Assembly (NCBI GenBank): GCA_049695975.1
Contig: JBAVTE010000012.1
Coordinates: 71,665 to 135,664, forward strand
Source of the DNA: Minisyncoccia bacterium
Lineage (GTDB): Bacteria > Patescibacteriota > Minisyncoccia > Phycocordibacterales > GWA1-40-21
Length of the DNA: 64,000 nucleotides
Direction of reading: 5' to 3'
Made by a program: the position numbers and the translations under genes. Positions 47,517 to 56,070 of this stretch are shown here, in pieces (position 1 is the first letter of the stretch; each line of letters starts with the position of its first letter). The notes under the pieces are model-generated. The model saw nothing but the letters and a program-made list of their open reading frames with translations. It was not told where the DNA came from and made no database searches.

Positions 47517-47954
47517 ATGGATATCAATATTAATAAAGAAGAAATTTCTATTGAGGAAAATAGAAAAAAACAAAATATTAAAATATTAGTTGTTGAAGAT
47601 GATGTTTTTCTGACATCACTATTAACTGGACGGTTGGACAAAGAAGGATATAAAATTTCTTGTGTGAATGATGGAGTGAAAGCTTTGAAATTTCTTGAAA
47701 GTGAAATTCCCGATATAGTTTTTTTGGATATTATTATGCCAGAAATGAATGGTTTTGAGACATTAAAGAAAATAAGGGCTGATTCGCGTTATAAAAATGT
47801 ATCAATTATTATTTTTTCTAATCTTAGTCAGGAATATGAGATAGAAGAGGGGAAGAAGCTAGGCGCAGATGAATTCTTAATTAAATCTAACTTTACTTTA
47901 AAGGAGGTAGTAAATAAAATTAATGAACTTTTGCATCAGAAAGGTAAAATATAA
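47517..47954 (+). CDS. single-domain response regulator (CheY-like receiver only)
   Basis: KILVVEDD…D (phospho-acceptor) …IIMPEMNGFETLKKIR…; 145 aa with no output domain. Confidence 0.8.
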   Translation: MDININKEEISIEENRKKQNIKILVVEDDVFLTSLLTGRLDKEGYKISCVNDGVKALKFLESEIPDIVFLDIIMPEMNGFETLKKIRADSRYKNVSIIIFSNLSQEYEIEEGKKLGADEFLIKSNFTLKEVVNKINELLHQKGKI

Positions 47955-47955
47955 G

Positions 47956-48020
47956 AAAAAAAGAATCGGGGTGTTTAAATTTTAAGGTTCTTAAAATTTA
48001 AACACCCCGATTCTTTTTTT
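47956..48020. terminator. long perfect palindrome (29-bp arms, 5-nt loop) between convergent response-regulator gene and hup
   Basis: AAAAAAGAATCGGGGTGTTTAAATTTTAA-GGTTC-TTAAAATTTAAACACCCCGATTCTTTTTT. The arm sequence resembles the palindrome at 259-351 (…GTATTTAAATTTT…). Confidence 0.6.
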
Positions 48021-48028
48021 AGTAATTA

Positions 48029-48301
48029 CTATCGAACTGCCTCTTTCAAGGCCTTTGCTGCTCTAAATTTTGGAACTTTCATAGCTGGAACGGAGATTGA
48101 TTCTCCTGTTCTTGGGTTTCTGGCTTGTCTGGCGGCTCTCTGTTTGACAGAGAAGATACCGAGACCTGCAATAGAAACATCTTCGCCTTTCTTTAAACCA
48201 CCGACAATTGTATCAATAACTATATCCACGACTTGCTCTGACTGAACTTTTGTTCCATTAAGCAATTTATTTACTGCCTCTGCAATTGATTGTTTATTCA
48301 T
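48029..48301 (-). CDS. hup: DNA-binding protein HU
   Basis: MNKQSIAEAVNKLLNGTKVQSEQVV…RNPRTGESISVPAMKVPKFRAAKALKEAV is a typical 90-aa HU. The ORF-track start (48334, MPIHNTLISNGM…) lies inside the shared leader copy L2. Confidence 0.85.
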   Translation of the reverse strand: MNKQSIAEAVNKLLNGTKVQSEQVVDIVIDTIVGGLKKGEDVSIAGLGIFSVKQRAARQARNPRTGESISVPAMKVPKFRAAKALKEAVR

Positions 48302-48425
48302 CCCGTTAGAGATTAAAGTGTTATGAATTGGCACTTAATCTGGTTAAAAAATAAATCCTGTTAAATCTCGAGAAGTTGTATTCTCTTCGGAAACAATCTG
48401 ATCGTTTCCTATCTCTAACGGGATT
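48302..48425 (-). promoter_or_regulatory. conserved structured 5' leader element, copy L2 (upstream of hup, minus strand)
   Basis: The minus-strand sequence AATCCCGTTAGAGATAG…ATTTAACAGGATTTAT…CAGATTAAGTGCCAATTCATAACACTTTAATCTCTAACGGG-ATG is identical to L1 over the last ~45 nt and the first 17 nt. Its internal hairpins differ from L1 but remain hairpins. Confidence 0.6.
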
Positions 48426-48730
48426 CATACTATTAAATAACTTACTATAATCGACCATTTTATAATCTTCAAAAAAATATTTTTGAAGACAACTGACCTA
48501 GAAGTATTATATTACAAGGGTATTTTGGTGCAATAGGGGAAGTTTATAACCTGTTTATTGTCTGAGTGTTGTAAAATAAGGGTATTTTCGACATTGAAAA
48601 TATGGCTTAAAATAAGGATATATTTAATCTCAAATAAAGGTATTGATTAATATAATTAGACGTGTAATAGTTTGGGTATGAAAAACCGACAGTTTCGTCT
48701 GGCGAAACTGTCGGTTTTCTTTCTTTTTTA

Positions 48731-50260
48731 TTATCTAGCGTATTCTATCACCCTTGCTTCTCTTATGAGAGTAACTTTTATTTCACCCGGATATTTGAGC
48801 TCATTTTCTACTTTGTCGGCGATGTCTCGGGCGAGTTTAAGAGCGTCAAAATCAGAGATTTCTTCTGGTCTCACAAACACTCTGATTTCTCTACCAGCTT
48901 GCAATGCGTATGATTTTTCCACACCCTTGAACGAATTGGCGATTGCTTCAAGCTCTTCAAGTCTTTTAATATAATTTTCTATACTATCGCTTCTTGCTCC
49001 TGGTCTTCCACCAGAAATTGCATCAGCAACTTGTACGATTACTGCCTCTGGACTTTCATAGGGGTATTCTTCATGGTGCGATTGCATAGCTTTTATGATT
49101 TCTTCATTTGCTCCAAATTTTTGAAGAATTCTTTTCCCTATTTCTACATGAGTACCAACCACTTCGTGGTCTACTGCTTTACCTATATCGTGTACAAGTG
49201 CTGCTGCTTTTGCTATAGCAACATTTGCACCTACTTCTGTAGCTATCATTCCTGAAATGTGGGACATCTCTATGGAGTGTTGCAAAACATTTTGTCCGTA
49301 ACTTGTTCTGAAGTATAATCTTCCTAGAATTAAAATAATCCTAGGATCAAGGTTAATCACTCCACATTCATATGCAGCTTGTTCACCTTTTTCTTTAATA
49401 ATCTTATTTATATCTTGCTGAGCTTTTTCTACAATTTTTTCTATCTTAGCTGGTTGAATTCTACCATCTAGGAGTAGGTTTTCAAGTGCTACTCTTGCGA
49501 CCTGTCTTCGGATAGGATCAAAGGATGAAATAGTGATAACTCCAGGATTGTCATCTACAATGACCTCTACGCCCGTGACTCTTTCAAAAGCTTTGATATT
49601 TTTACCTTCTTTTCCGATAATTTTACCTTTCATGTCATCTGAAGGAATACTGACTATGGTGGACATAATATCTGGTGCAACGGAAGAGGAAAGTCTCTGA
49701 ATGGAAGTGATGAGGATTTCTTTTGCTCTGTGGTCGAGTCTTTCTTCTCCATTTTCATTGAGCTTCTTCATCCTTGTCATAATGTCTTCTTCAAACTTTT
49801 TCTCTGCAATGACAATGACTTTTTCTTTGGCTTCTTCTAGAGTAAGTTTTGCGATTTTTTGGAGTTCTTCACCTTTTTCTATCTCCATTTTGTCAACTCT
49901 TTCCTTTATTTCTTTTATTTCAATGACTTTTTGTTTGAGATTTTCAACTTCGCTGTCGATATCTCCTTGTCTTTGATCAAGAAGTGTTTCTTTTTTTATT
50001 AATCTCTCTTCTGTTTGTAATAATTTGTCTTCTTTTTCTTTTGCGTCTTTTTTTGCTTCTTTTATAATATCTACAGATTTTGACTCAGCTTCTAAGATGA
50101 TTTTTTTAGCCCCTTCTTCTGCTTTTACCATCAAGCTTCGGACTTCAAGTTCAACAGAACCCTTTTTTCCTAAAGATATGACTATACGTAAAAAATATCC
50201 AATCGCAATACCCAAAAGGCCTGCGACAGATACTAACAGGAATACTATTTTTAATGACAT
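48731..50260 (-). CDS. rny: ribonuclease Y
   Basis: N-terminal TM helix, coiled-coil, KH domain and HD domain (…LVHDIGKA…). Terminator hairpin at 48681-48720. Confidence 0.9.
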   Translation of the reverse strand: MSLKIVFLLVSVAGLLGIAIGYFLRIVISLGKKGSVELEVRSLMVKAEEGAKKIILEAESKSVDIIKEAKKDAKEKEDKLLQTEERLIKKETLLDQRQGDIDSEVENLKQKVIEIKEIKERVDKMEIEKGEELQKIAKLTLEEAKEKVIVIAEKKFEEDIMTRMKKLNENGEERLDHRAKEILITSIQRLSSSVAPDIMSTIVSIPSDDMKGKIIGKEGKNIKAFERVTGVEVIVDDNPGVITISSFDPIRRQVARVALENLLLDGRIQPAKIEKIVEKAQQDINKIIKEKGEQAAYECGVINLDPRIILILGRLYFRTSYGQNVLQHSIEMSHISGMIATEVGANVAIAKAAALVHDIGKAVDHEVVGTHVEIGKRILQKFGANEEIIKAMQSHHEEYPYESPEAVIVQVADAISGGRPGARSDSIENYIKRLEELEAIANSFKGVEKSYALQAGREIRVFVRPEEISDFDALKLARDIADKVENELKYPGEIKVTLIREARVIEYAR

Positions 50261-50582
50261 AATGCTAAAAGATTTCGCTTTAGCTTATTCCGAAAAGTGA
50301 GGAACAAAGTGAGAAATCCCTATCTATCATTTTGTCCGAACGAAGACGAAATATAAAGGTTGAATACCCTGGGGTAGAAACCGCTTTTATTTCAACTGGT
50401 CCTATGTTTGTTTTTGAGTTCTAGGTTTTGGAAACATACTTCTTTTGTGGAAATTCTGCAATAAACGAAATCTATAAATTAAAATTGATAACAGATTAAT
50501 AGTATCTTATTTTTAGGTAAATGTCTACCGAAATATAGTAAAAGTTGAAATATGCTTTATCCTATGGTATATGTAACGTATT

Positions 50583-51188
50583 ATGAAAATTATTTGTATG
50601 GATCTTGAAGGGGTGTTGATACCGGAGTTCTGGGAGGAGTTTGCGATTGTTACTGGAATAAAAGAGTTTGCTTTGACTACTAGAGATATATCGGACTATA
50701 AAACTCTTATGGAGATGAGAATTGATCTTTTAGAAAAAAATAAATATAACATACAAAAAATAAAAGAAGTTGTTTCAAAAATGAAGCCGTTTCCGGGCGC
50801 TCCTGAATTTATAAAATGGATAAGAGAAACTGGGGAGGCACAGCCTATCATACTTACAGGAAGTTTCTACGACTATATAATGCCCCTTATCGGAAAACTT
50901 GGATTTCCTCTTACTTTTGCAAATAAGCTAGAAATAAATAAAAAGGGCGAGGTAGTGGGGTATAAACTCAGAGAAAAAGACGGCAAAATAGAAATGGTAC
51001 AGCGGTTGCAACAGGCAGGATATTTTGTCATAGCGATAGGGGACAGTTTTAATGATTTAAAAATGCTAAAGGGTGCCGATAAGGGAATACTTTTCAGGGC
51101 ATCGCCCAAACTTCTTGAACAAGAAAAAGACATTGAAGTGACGAATTCTTATGAGGAATTAATGAAGATTATTACAAAGATACTTTAG
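50583..51188 (+). CDS. thrH: HAD-family phosphoserine phosphatase / homoserine phosphotransferase ThrH-like
   Basis: Close match to ThrH along its length (MKIICMDLEGVLIPEFWEEFA…DIPDY…IAIGDSFND…). Confidence 0.65.
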   Translation: MKIICMDLEGVLIPEFWEEFAIVTGIKEFALTTRDISDYKTLMEMRIDLLEKNKYNIQKIKEVVSKMKPFPGAPEFIKWIRETGEAQPIILTGSFYDYIMPLIGKLGFPLTFANKLEINKKGEVVGYKLREKDGKIEMVQRLQQAGYFVIAIGDSFNDLKMLKGADKGILFRASPKLLEQEKDIEVTNSYEELMKIITKIL

Positions 51189-51192
51189 TGAA

Positions 51193-51333
51193 AAAAAAGA
51201 CCGAGAAAACTTATAACAAAACGCTTTTGTCCGTCACGAAAATTTTTTACTAAAAATCTTCTCTGTCCGTCGCCAGTCGCAACTTCCAAGGACGTTCGAA
51301 AGCGTTTTGTTATAAGTTTTCTCGGTCTTTTTT
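51193..51333 (-). repeat. MITE-like element B3 (family B core in reverse orientation inside a 33-bp perfect inverted repeat)
   Basis: Flanking AAAAGACCGAGAAAACTTATAACAAAACGCTTT…AAAGCGTTTTGTTATAAGTTTTCTCGGTCTTTT. The reverse-complemented core matches B1 and B2 (TTCGAACGTCCTTGGAAGTTGCGACTGGCGACGGACAGAGAAGATTTTTAG…). Lies between convergent thrH and clpP. Confidence 0.7.
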
Positions 51334-51904
51334 AAATCACCTTATCAATAATTCCGTATTTTTTGGCTTCTTCGGCGGACATATAGTAGTCGCGGTCGGC
51401 GTCTTTTTCTATTTGGGCTACGGGCTTCCCGGTATTATCTGCCATTATTTTGTTTAATTTGGCTTTTAATTTTACAATTTGTTTTGCAGTGATTTCAATA
51501 TCGGTGGCTTGTCCTTGTGCACCACCCATTGGCTGGTGGATCATTATTTCAGAGTTTGGTAGAGAAAATCTCTTTCCTTTTTTACCAGCTGAGAGTAAAA
51601 GTGCTGCTGCTGATGCTGCCATACCTACGCAAACAGTAGAAACATCATTTTTTACATGGTGCATTGTGTCTAGAATTGCAAGAGCTGCGGAAACTGATCC
51701 CCCAGGAGAATTTATATAAAGCTGAATATCTTTTTTGGAATTTTCAAATTGCAAGAAGAGAAGCTGTGCAATTACAATATTTGCAGTTTCATCATCTATT
51801 GGACCACCGAGAAAAATAATATTTTCTTTTAGAAGCCTCGAATAAATATCAAAAGCTCTTTCGCCAAACTGACTTTTTTCTATGACTGTGGGTATTAAAT
51901 TCAT
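51332..51904 (-). CDS. clpP: ATP-dependent Clp protease proteolytic subunit
   Basis: Catalytic-triad context (…[14 protein letters not shown]…MIHQPMGG…). The likely start is the internal Met MNLIPTV…; the ORF extends to 51991. Confidence 0.9.
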   Translation of the reverse strand: MNLIPTVIEKSQFGERAFDIYSRLLKENIIFLGGPIDDETANIVIAQLLFLQFENSKKDIQLYINSPGGSVSAALAILDTMHHVKNDVSTVCVGMAASAAALLLSAGKKGKRFSLPNSEIMIHQPMGGAQGQATDIEITAKQIVKLKAKLNKIMADNTGKPVAQIEKDADRDYYMSAEEAKKYGIIDKVI

Positions 51905-52009
51905 ACTTATAGAATATAACAATGTTATATTAAAATCAAATTTTCGTAATTCAAAGTTAAATGAAAAGGCGCTCTTGTGTTTGAAACACAAGAGCGCCTT
52001 GATTTGACT

Positions 52010-52780
52010 TCAATGACTTTTATTTGGAATAGGGCCGTAGAGCATTGAAAGCTCGTTGGTCGTTCCAAACATATTTGTGAAAGGTTGGGGATATCCATCC
52101 ATATTTCCTGAATAATTCGAACAAAGGACATACAGATTTTCTTCCTGGTCTATGAAACCAGTTCCACTTTCACCGCAAATCGAGGTGTACTCGATCACGA
52201 ACATCTTTACTGACTTGTTATTACTGAGGACGATCATTCCAACTACTGGAAAAGTTTTTCCAGTGATTAGGGAAGTAAGTCTTTTTCCTAATTGATCTCG
52301 GCTGTAGCTTATTACTGACATTTTGTTAGTCAACAAATTTTCCGAGAAGCAGTCTATTACTTTTAAACTACCGCATCTTAGGATAGTGACATCCGGCCCT
52401 TTGTTTTTCTGACGAACAATATCAGAACCATTTTTTAGAACCCTCTCAATCGGGAAAGTCCAGAATGGTTCATAAGGGCGAAGTGGGCGATATACAAAAA
52501 CTTGCTTGCCCATTGTCTTATCAAAAAGATGCTCAGCTGTAACTATATTATTCTGACCATTTTCGACATAAAGTGAGCCAGTTCCAGCTAGCGAACCGGT
52601 TTTTCCAAAATCTAAAGAACGGTAGATGAATACGGGTGAGTATTTGCAACCCACAGCGTTTGTCGTAATCCTGCTCTGAATGATTTTTTCATTAATGGCA
52701 TAATTGATAGGTTCGCTCTTTTCAGCAAACAAATTTCCGGCTATTGTTGATAGCCCAATCGCAATAAGAATAATCCTCAT
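52010..52780 (-). CDS. secreted trypsin-like serine peptidase (S1 family-like)
   Basis: Signal peptide, TAEHLF (His) and CGESGTGF (Ser) motifs. Terminator hairpin at 51965-52000. Confidence 0.5.
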   Translation of the reverse strand: MRIILIAIGLSTIAGNLFAEKSEPINYAINEKIIQSRITTNAVGCKYSPVFIYRSLDFGKTGSLAGTGSLYVENGQNNIVTAEHLFDKTMGKQVFVYRPLRPYEPFWTFPIERVLKNGSDIVRQKNKGPDVTILRCGSLKVIDCFSENLLTNKMSVISYSRDQLGKRLTSLITGKTFPVVGMIVLSNNKSVKMFVIEYTSICGESGTGFIDQEENLYVLCSNYSGNMDGYPQPFTNMFGTTNELSMLYGPIPNKSH

Positions 52781-52985
52781 TATAATCTCCTTTTTGTTAT
52801 TTAAAAAATCTATCTTTAGATATTAAAACATAAAATTAAATATAAATCAACCATATTCTCAAAACTTGAATATTTCTAGCATTTTTGTGCTATACTTTTT
52901 TCATTCCAGCGAGCGAGGAGCATGTATGAGTGTATTCACTCATATAGTGTCCGAGTGAAGAAGGAACATAAGAATATTAACTTTT

Positions 52986-53696
52986 ATGAAACTACAGAGG
53001 TTTTTTGTGAAGGAAAATTTAAGTGATTTGCAGATTAATGATGATTTTTCTGTTACCGATGAAGAACTTTCAAATCAACTTCGTAGAGTTTTTCGGTTTC
53101 GTGGAGGGGAAGTGCTAGAGCTTTTTGACGGAAGTGATTTTGATTTTGATTCAGAAGTTTTGAGTTTTGAAAAAGATAAAGTGAATTTTAAACTTATTTC
53201 AAAAAATAAAAATGAAAATATTTCGAAAGTTGAACTGCATTTATTTCAATCAATTATAAAAAAAGATAATTTTGAGTGGATAATAGAGAAGTGTACAGAA
53301 CTTGGGGTGCATGCATTTCACCCAGTTATTTCTGAAAGGAGTGAAAAAAAAGATTTGAATTTGCAAAGATTAAACAAAATTGCAAAAGAAGCTAGTGAAC
53401 AATCGGGAAGAAGGGAAGTACCGGAAATTTTTGCGCCGGCCAAACTTTTTGATGCAATCAAAAGCTTTGATGGTACACTTTTGTCTTTTGACCTAAATGC
53501 TCCAAGTGTCGGCACAAAAATTTCCGGTCTCAAAAATCTCAAAAAAATCGCCATATTTATTGGTCCTGAAGGCGGTTGGACTGAAAGAGATCTGCGAGTT
53601 TTGAAAGATGCTGGAGGTGAAATTGTTTCTCTCGGTAAACAAGTTTTGCGTGCAGAAACAGCATCTATTGTCGCATCTACTTTCTTTTTAATTTAA
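52986..53696 (+). CDS. rsmE: 16S rRNA (uracil1498-N3)-methyltransferase RsmE family
   Basis: N-terminal …RFFV…, C-terminal GPEGGWTERD…LGKQVLRAETA SPOUT motif. Confidence 0.75.
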   Translation: MKLQRFFVKENLSDLQINDDFSVTDEELSNQLRRVFRFRGGEVLELFDGSDFDFDSEVLSFEKDKVNFKLISKNKNENISKVELHLFQSIIKKDNFEWIIEKCTELGVHAFHPVISERSEKKDLNLQRLNKIAKEASEQSGRREVPEIFAPAKLFDAIKSFDGTLLSFDLNAPSVGTKISGLKNLKKIAIFIGPEGGWTERDLRVLKDAGGEIVSLGKQVLRAETASIVASTFFLI

Positions 53697-53700
53697 TAAT

Positions 53701-54459
53701 ATGATTTACTTTTTTTATGGAGAAGATATTGAAAAGTCAAAAGTAAATGCCGACAAAGTGGTCAGTAGTATTTTGACTAGGAAAAAAGATATTACACTCG
53801 TCAAAATTATCGGTGAAGAAATTTCTGAACAAAGAATTTTTGAACTAGCACAAAGTCAAGCGCTTTTTGTAAACAAATATATTGTTTTTCTCTATCGTGT
53901 TTTAGATAATGTTGAAAATAAAAAGGCCATTCTTTCTGCTCTCGAAGAAATGAAAGAAAGTGAAAATATTTTTGTGCTGTGTGATATTTTGACTTCTAAA
54001 AAGAAGACCGATCTAGAAATAATTAAAAAAATAGAAGAAAAATCAGAAAAATCAAAAGAGTTTCAAAAACCATTTAGAAAATTGAACAAAAAAGAAGAGC
54101 TCGCTCTCATAGGTGAAAAAATCGATTTTTTTGAATTTGCAAATGCCTTGGGTGCAAGGAAAAGAAAAGAGCTTTGGGTACTTTTTCAAGATGCTTTAAA
54201 TGAGTCTGTGCCGGCGGAAGAGATTCATGGAATATTTTTCTGGCAAATAAAAACAATGATCCTTGCAAAGAAGTGCAAGACGGCAAATGAGGCCGGAATG
54301 AAGGACTTCCCATTTCAAAAATCAAAGCGTTATGCGGAAAATTATACAGAAGATGAGCTAAAAAATCTCTCATCAAAAATGGTTTCCATGTATCATGAAG
54401 CACATAGGGGAAATGCCGATATGCACGTGGCGCTAGAGAGAATGGTGATGGGGCTGTAA
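53701..54459 (+). CDS. holA: DNA polymerase III delta subunit-like protein
   Basis: N-terminal MIYFFYGEDIEK… and a length/helical C-terminus typical of HolA. Confidence 0.5.
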   Translation: MIYFFYGEDIEKSKVNADKVVSSILTRKKDITLVKIIGEEISEQRIFELAQSQALFVNKYIVFLYRVLDNVENKKAILSALEEMKESENIFVLCDILTSKKKTDLEIIKKIEEKSEKSKEFQKPFRKLNKKEELALIGEKIDFFEFANALGARKRKELWVLFQDALNESVPAEEIHGIFFWQIKTMILAKKCKTANEAGMKDFPFQKSKRYAENYTEDELKNLSSKMVSMYHEAHRGNADMHVALERMVMGL

Positions 54460-54470
54460 CTTTTTAATCG

Positions 54471-54486
54471 GTGCCCTCAGTAGGAA
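54471..54486. repeat. copy of tRNA-Lys 3'-end segment (GTGCCCTCAGTAGGAA), first of three
   Basis: The same 16-mer occurs at 54797-54812 and at the tRNA-Lys 3' end (54950-54965). Confidence 0.8.
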
Positions 54487-54796
54487 TATCTCTTTCGACT
54501 TTTTTCTCGTCGTCACTCGAAAAAGTCTGGGTACCAGCTCGTCTATTTTTCTTGCTAGAAAAATATGATTCCGCTGTTCGATTCCTACACGCAAGCAAAG
54601 CAGTTTGCTTGCTTTCGGGCCCAAATAGAAAAAGACGCCGAAGCGTCTCTTTTTAAATTTGTGAACCACGACTTTTGCCTTTCGTGAACTCAAGGCAAAG
54701 TCGCAGTCCCCGCCTCCTTCGCTTTGCTCAGTCCGGCCGGCACATTGCAAAAGAAAATCGCCTTTGGATCATTGGCGATTTTCATATATTTGCAAT

Positions 54797-54812
54797 GTGC
54801 CCTCAGTAGGAA
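54797..54812. repeat. copy of tRNA-Lys 3'-end segment, second of three
   Basis: Exact repeat of the 16-mer GTGCCCTCAGTAGGAA. Confidence 0.8.
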
Positions 54813-54832
54813 ATCTTCCATTACATGGACGG

Positions 54833-54896
54833 TACACCTTTTCTGTTTTCTGTTCGTGAAGACACTCCAGAAAACTATCAAAGGTCTTCGATTCCT
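54833..54896. repeat. 64-nt sequence shared with the tRNA-Arg locus (59447-59510)
   Basis: TACACCTTTTCTGTTTTCTGTTCGTGAAGACACTCCAGAAAACTATCAAAGGTCTTCGATTCCT is identical at both loci. It contains a GAAGAC…GTCTTC hairpin and a T-arm-like TTCGATTCC. Confidence 0.85.
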
Positions 54897-54949
54897 AACG
54901 CAAGGTCTCCCAGACCTTGCTCTGAGGGCACTCTTCATTTCATTCATCG

Positions 54950-55022
54950 TGCCCTCAGTAGGAATCGAACCTACGACCAATTGCTTAAAAGGCAACTGCT
55001 CTACCAACTGAGCTATGAGGGC
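54950..55022 (-). tRNA. tRNA-Lys (anticodon TTT)
   Basis: The reverse complement gives acceptor GCCCTCA/TGAGGGC, anticodon stem GTTGC/GCAAT with loop CTTTTAA, and T-arm GTAGG-TTCGATT-CCTAC. Confidence 0.8.
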
Positions 55023-55092
55023 ATTGATAGACAACAAAAAATATACCAAGAAAATTTAAAAAAGTCCAATTTTCTTTCACTATAACTTTGCC

Positions 55093-55515
55093 CTACAGAT
55101 GTAGGTCAAATGCAAACGCACCTGCGCCAGAAAAAATAAGAGAGACGGAAATCGTAAAAAGCAAAAGATAAAAAGGAAAATTTCTTTTTATAAGTACCTC
55201 TTCCTCCAATTCTAAGATAAGTTCGGACAAAGTGATGAGTATGAAAACTAAGGCGACAATCTGAATATATATACCAGCGATGAGCATTAGTCCGCCGATT
55301 ATTTCAACAAGCGCAAAAATTTTTACAAACCAGAGAGAAGGACGTAGTCCAGTAAAATCAAAAAGATTTCCCCATCTTTCTTTTTCTGCACCGAATTTCA
55401 AAAAGCCAAGATTTATCATTATGAGTCCTAGCACGGCTCTTAAAATGAGTGGAGCGAACATACTATAGGTTAACAGATCTGGAAATGTATTTAACATATG
55501 ACTATTATAATACAA
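55093..55515 (-). CDS. DoxX-family membrane protein
   Basis: Four TM helices; the N-terminal …APLILRAVLGLIMINLGFLKF… resembles DoxX. Confidence 0.5.
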   Translation of the reverse strand: MYYNSHMLNTFPDLLTYSMFAPLILRAVLGLIMINLGFLKFGAEKERWGNLFDFTGLRPSLWFVKIFALVEIIGGLMLIAGIYIQIVALVFILITLSELILELEEEVLIKRNFPFYLLLFTISVSLIFSGAGAFAFDLHL

Positions 55516-55574
55516 TTATATTATTTTGCATCTTTTTGATTGATTTTTTGTTTCAATGTCGTAGTATTTGAAGA

Positions 55575-56048
55575 ATGATTAAAAAACAAAAATTTGTGGT
55601 CCTAGTAGATATAAGAAGTATCCACAATGTCGGTTCGATTTTTAGGACATCAGATGCTCTTGGAGTATCTAAGATTTTTCTTTGCGGATGTACGCCGACA
55701 GCGAAAGATAGATTTGGTAGAAAGAGGCAGGATCTGGCAAAAGTGGCGCTAGGAGCGGAGGAAAGTGTGGCTTGGGAATATTGCGAAAATGTAGAAAAAC
55801 TTTTGCAGAAATTAAAAAAGGAAAAAGTGCAAATCATTGCGCTTGAGCAAAGCTCAAAATCGATAAACTACAAAAAAGTCAAAACAAAAAATTCTGTTGC
55901 AATAATTCTCGGTGAAGAAGTGCACGGTTTGTCACAAAAAGTTCTTAAATTTGCCGATGTCATCACCGAAATCCCAATGCTTGGTAAAAAAGAATCACTG
56001 AATGTTTCTGTTGCTTTTGGTGTTGCAGGATTTGAGATTTTGATTTAA
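55575..56048 (+). CDS. SpoU/TrmH-family RNA 2'-O-methyltransferase
   Basis: SPOUT motifs …IALEQ…AIILGEEVHGLS…ITEIPMLGKKESLNVSVAFGV…. Confidence 0.7.
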   Translation: MIKKQKFVVLVDIRSIHNVGSIFRTSDALGVSKIFLCGCTPTAKDRFGRKRQDLAKVALGAEESVAWEYCENVEKLLQKLKKEKVQIIALEQSSKSINYKKVKTKNSVAIILGEEVHGLSQKVLKFADVITEIPMLGKKESLNVSVAFGVAGFEILI

Positions 56049-56070
56049 TTTCAATTAGAGTTATTATTAT

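Noticed and set aside
54690-55049. 119-aa minus-strand ORF containing 'VVGSIPTEGT'
   Set aside because: It is a translation of the tRNA-Lys gene and adjacent tRNA-fragment repeats (GGTTCGATTCC gives GSIP). It is not a protein gene.
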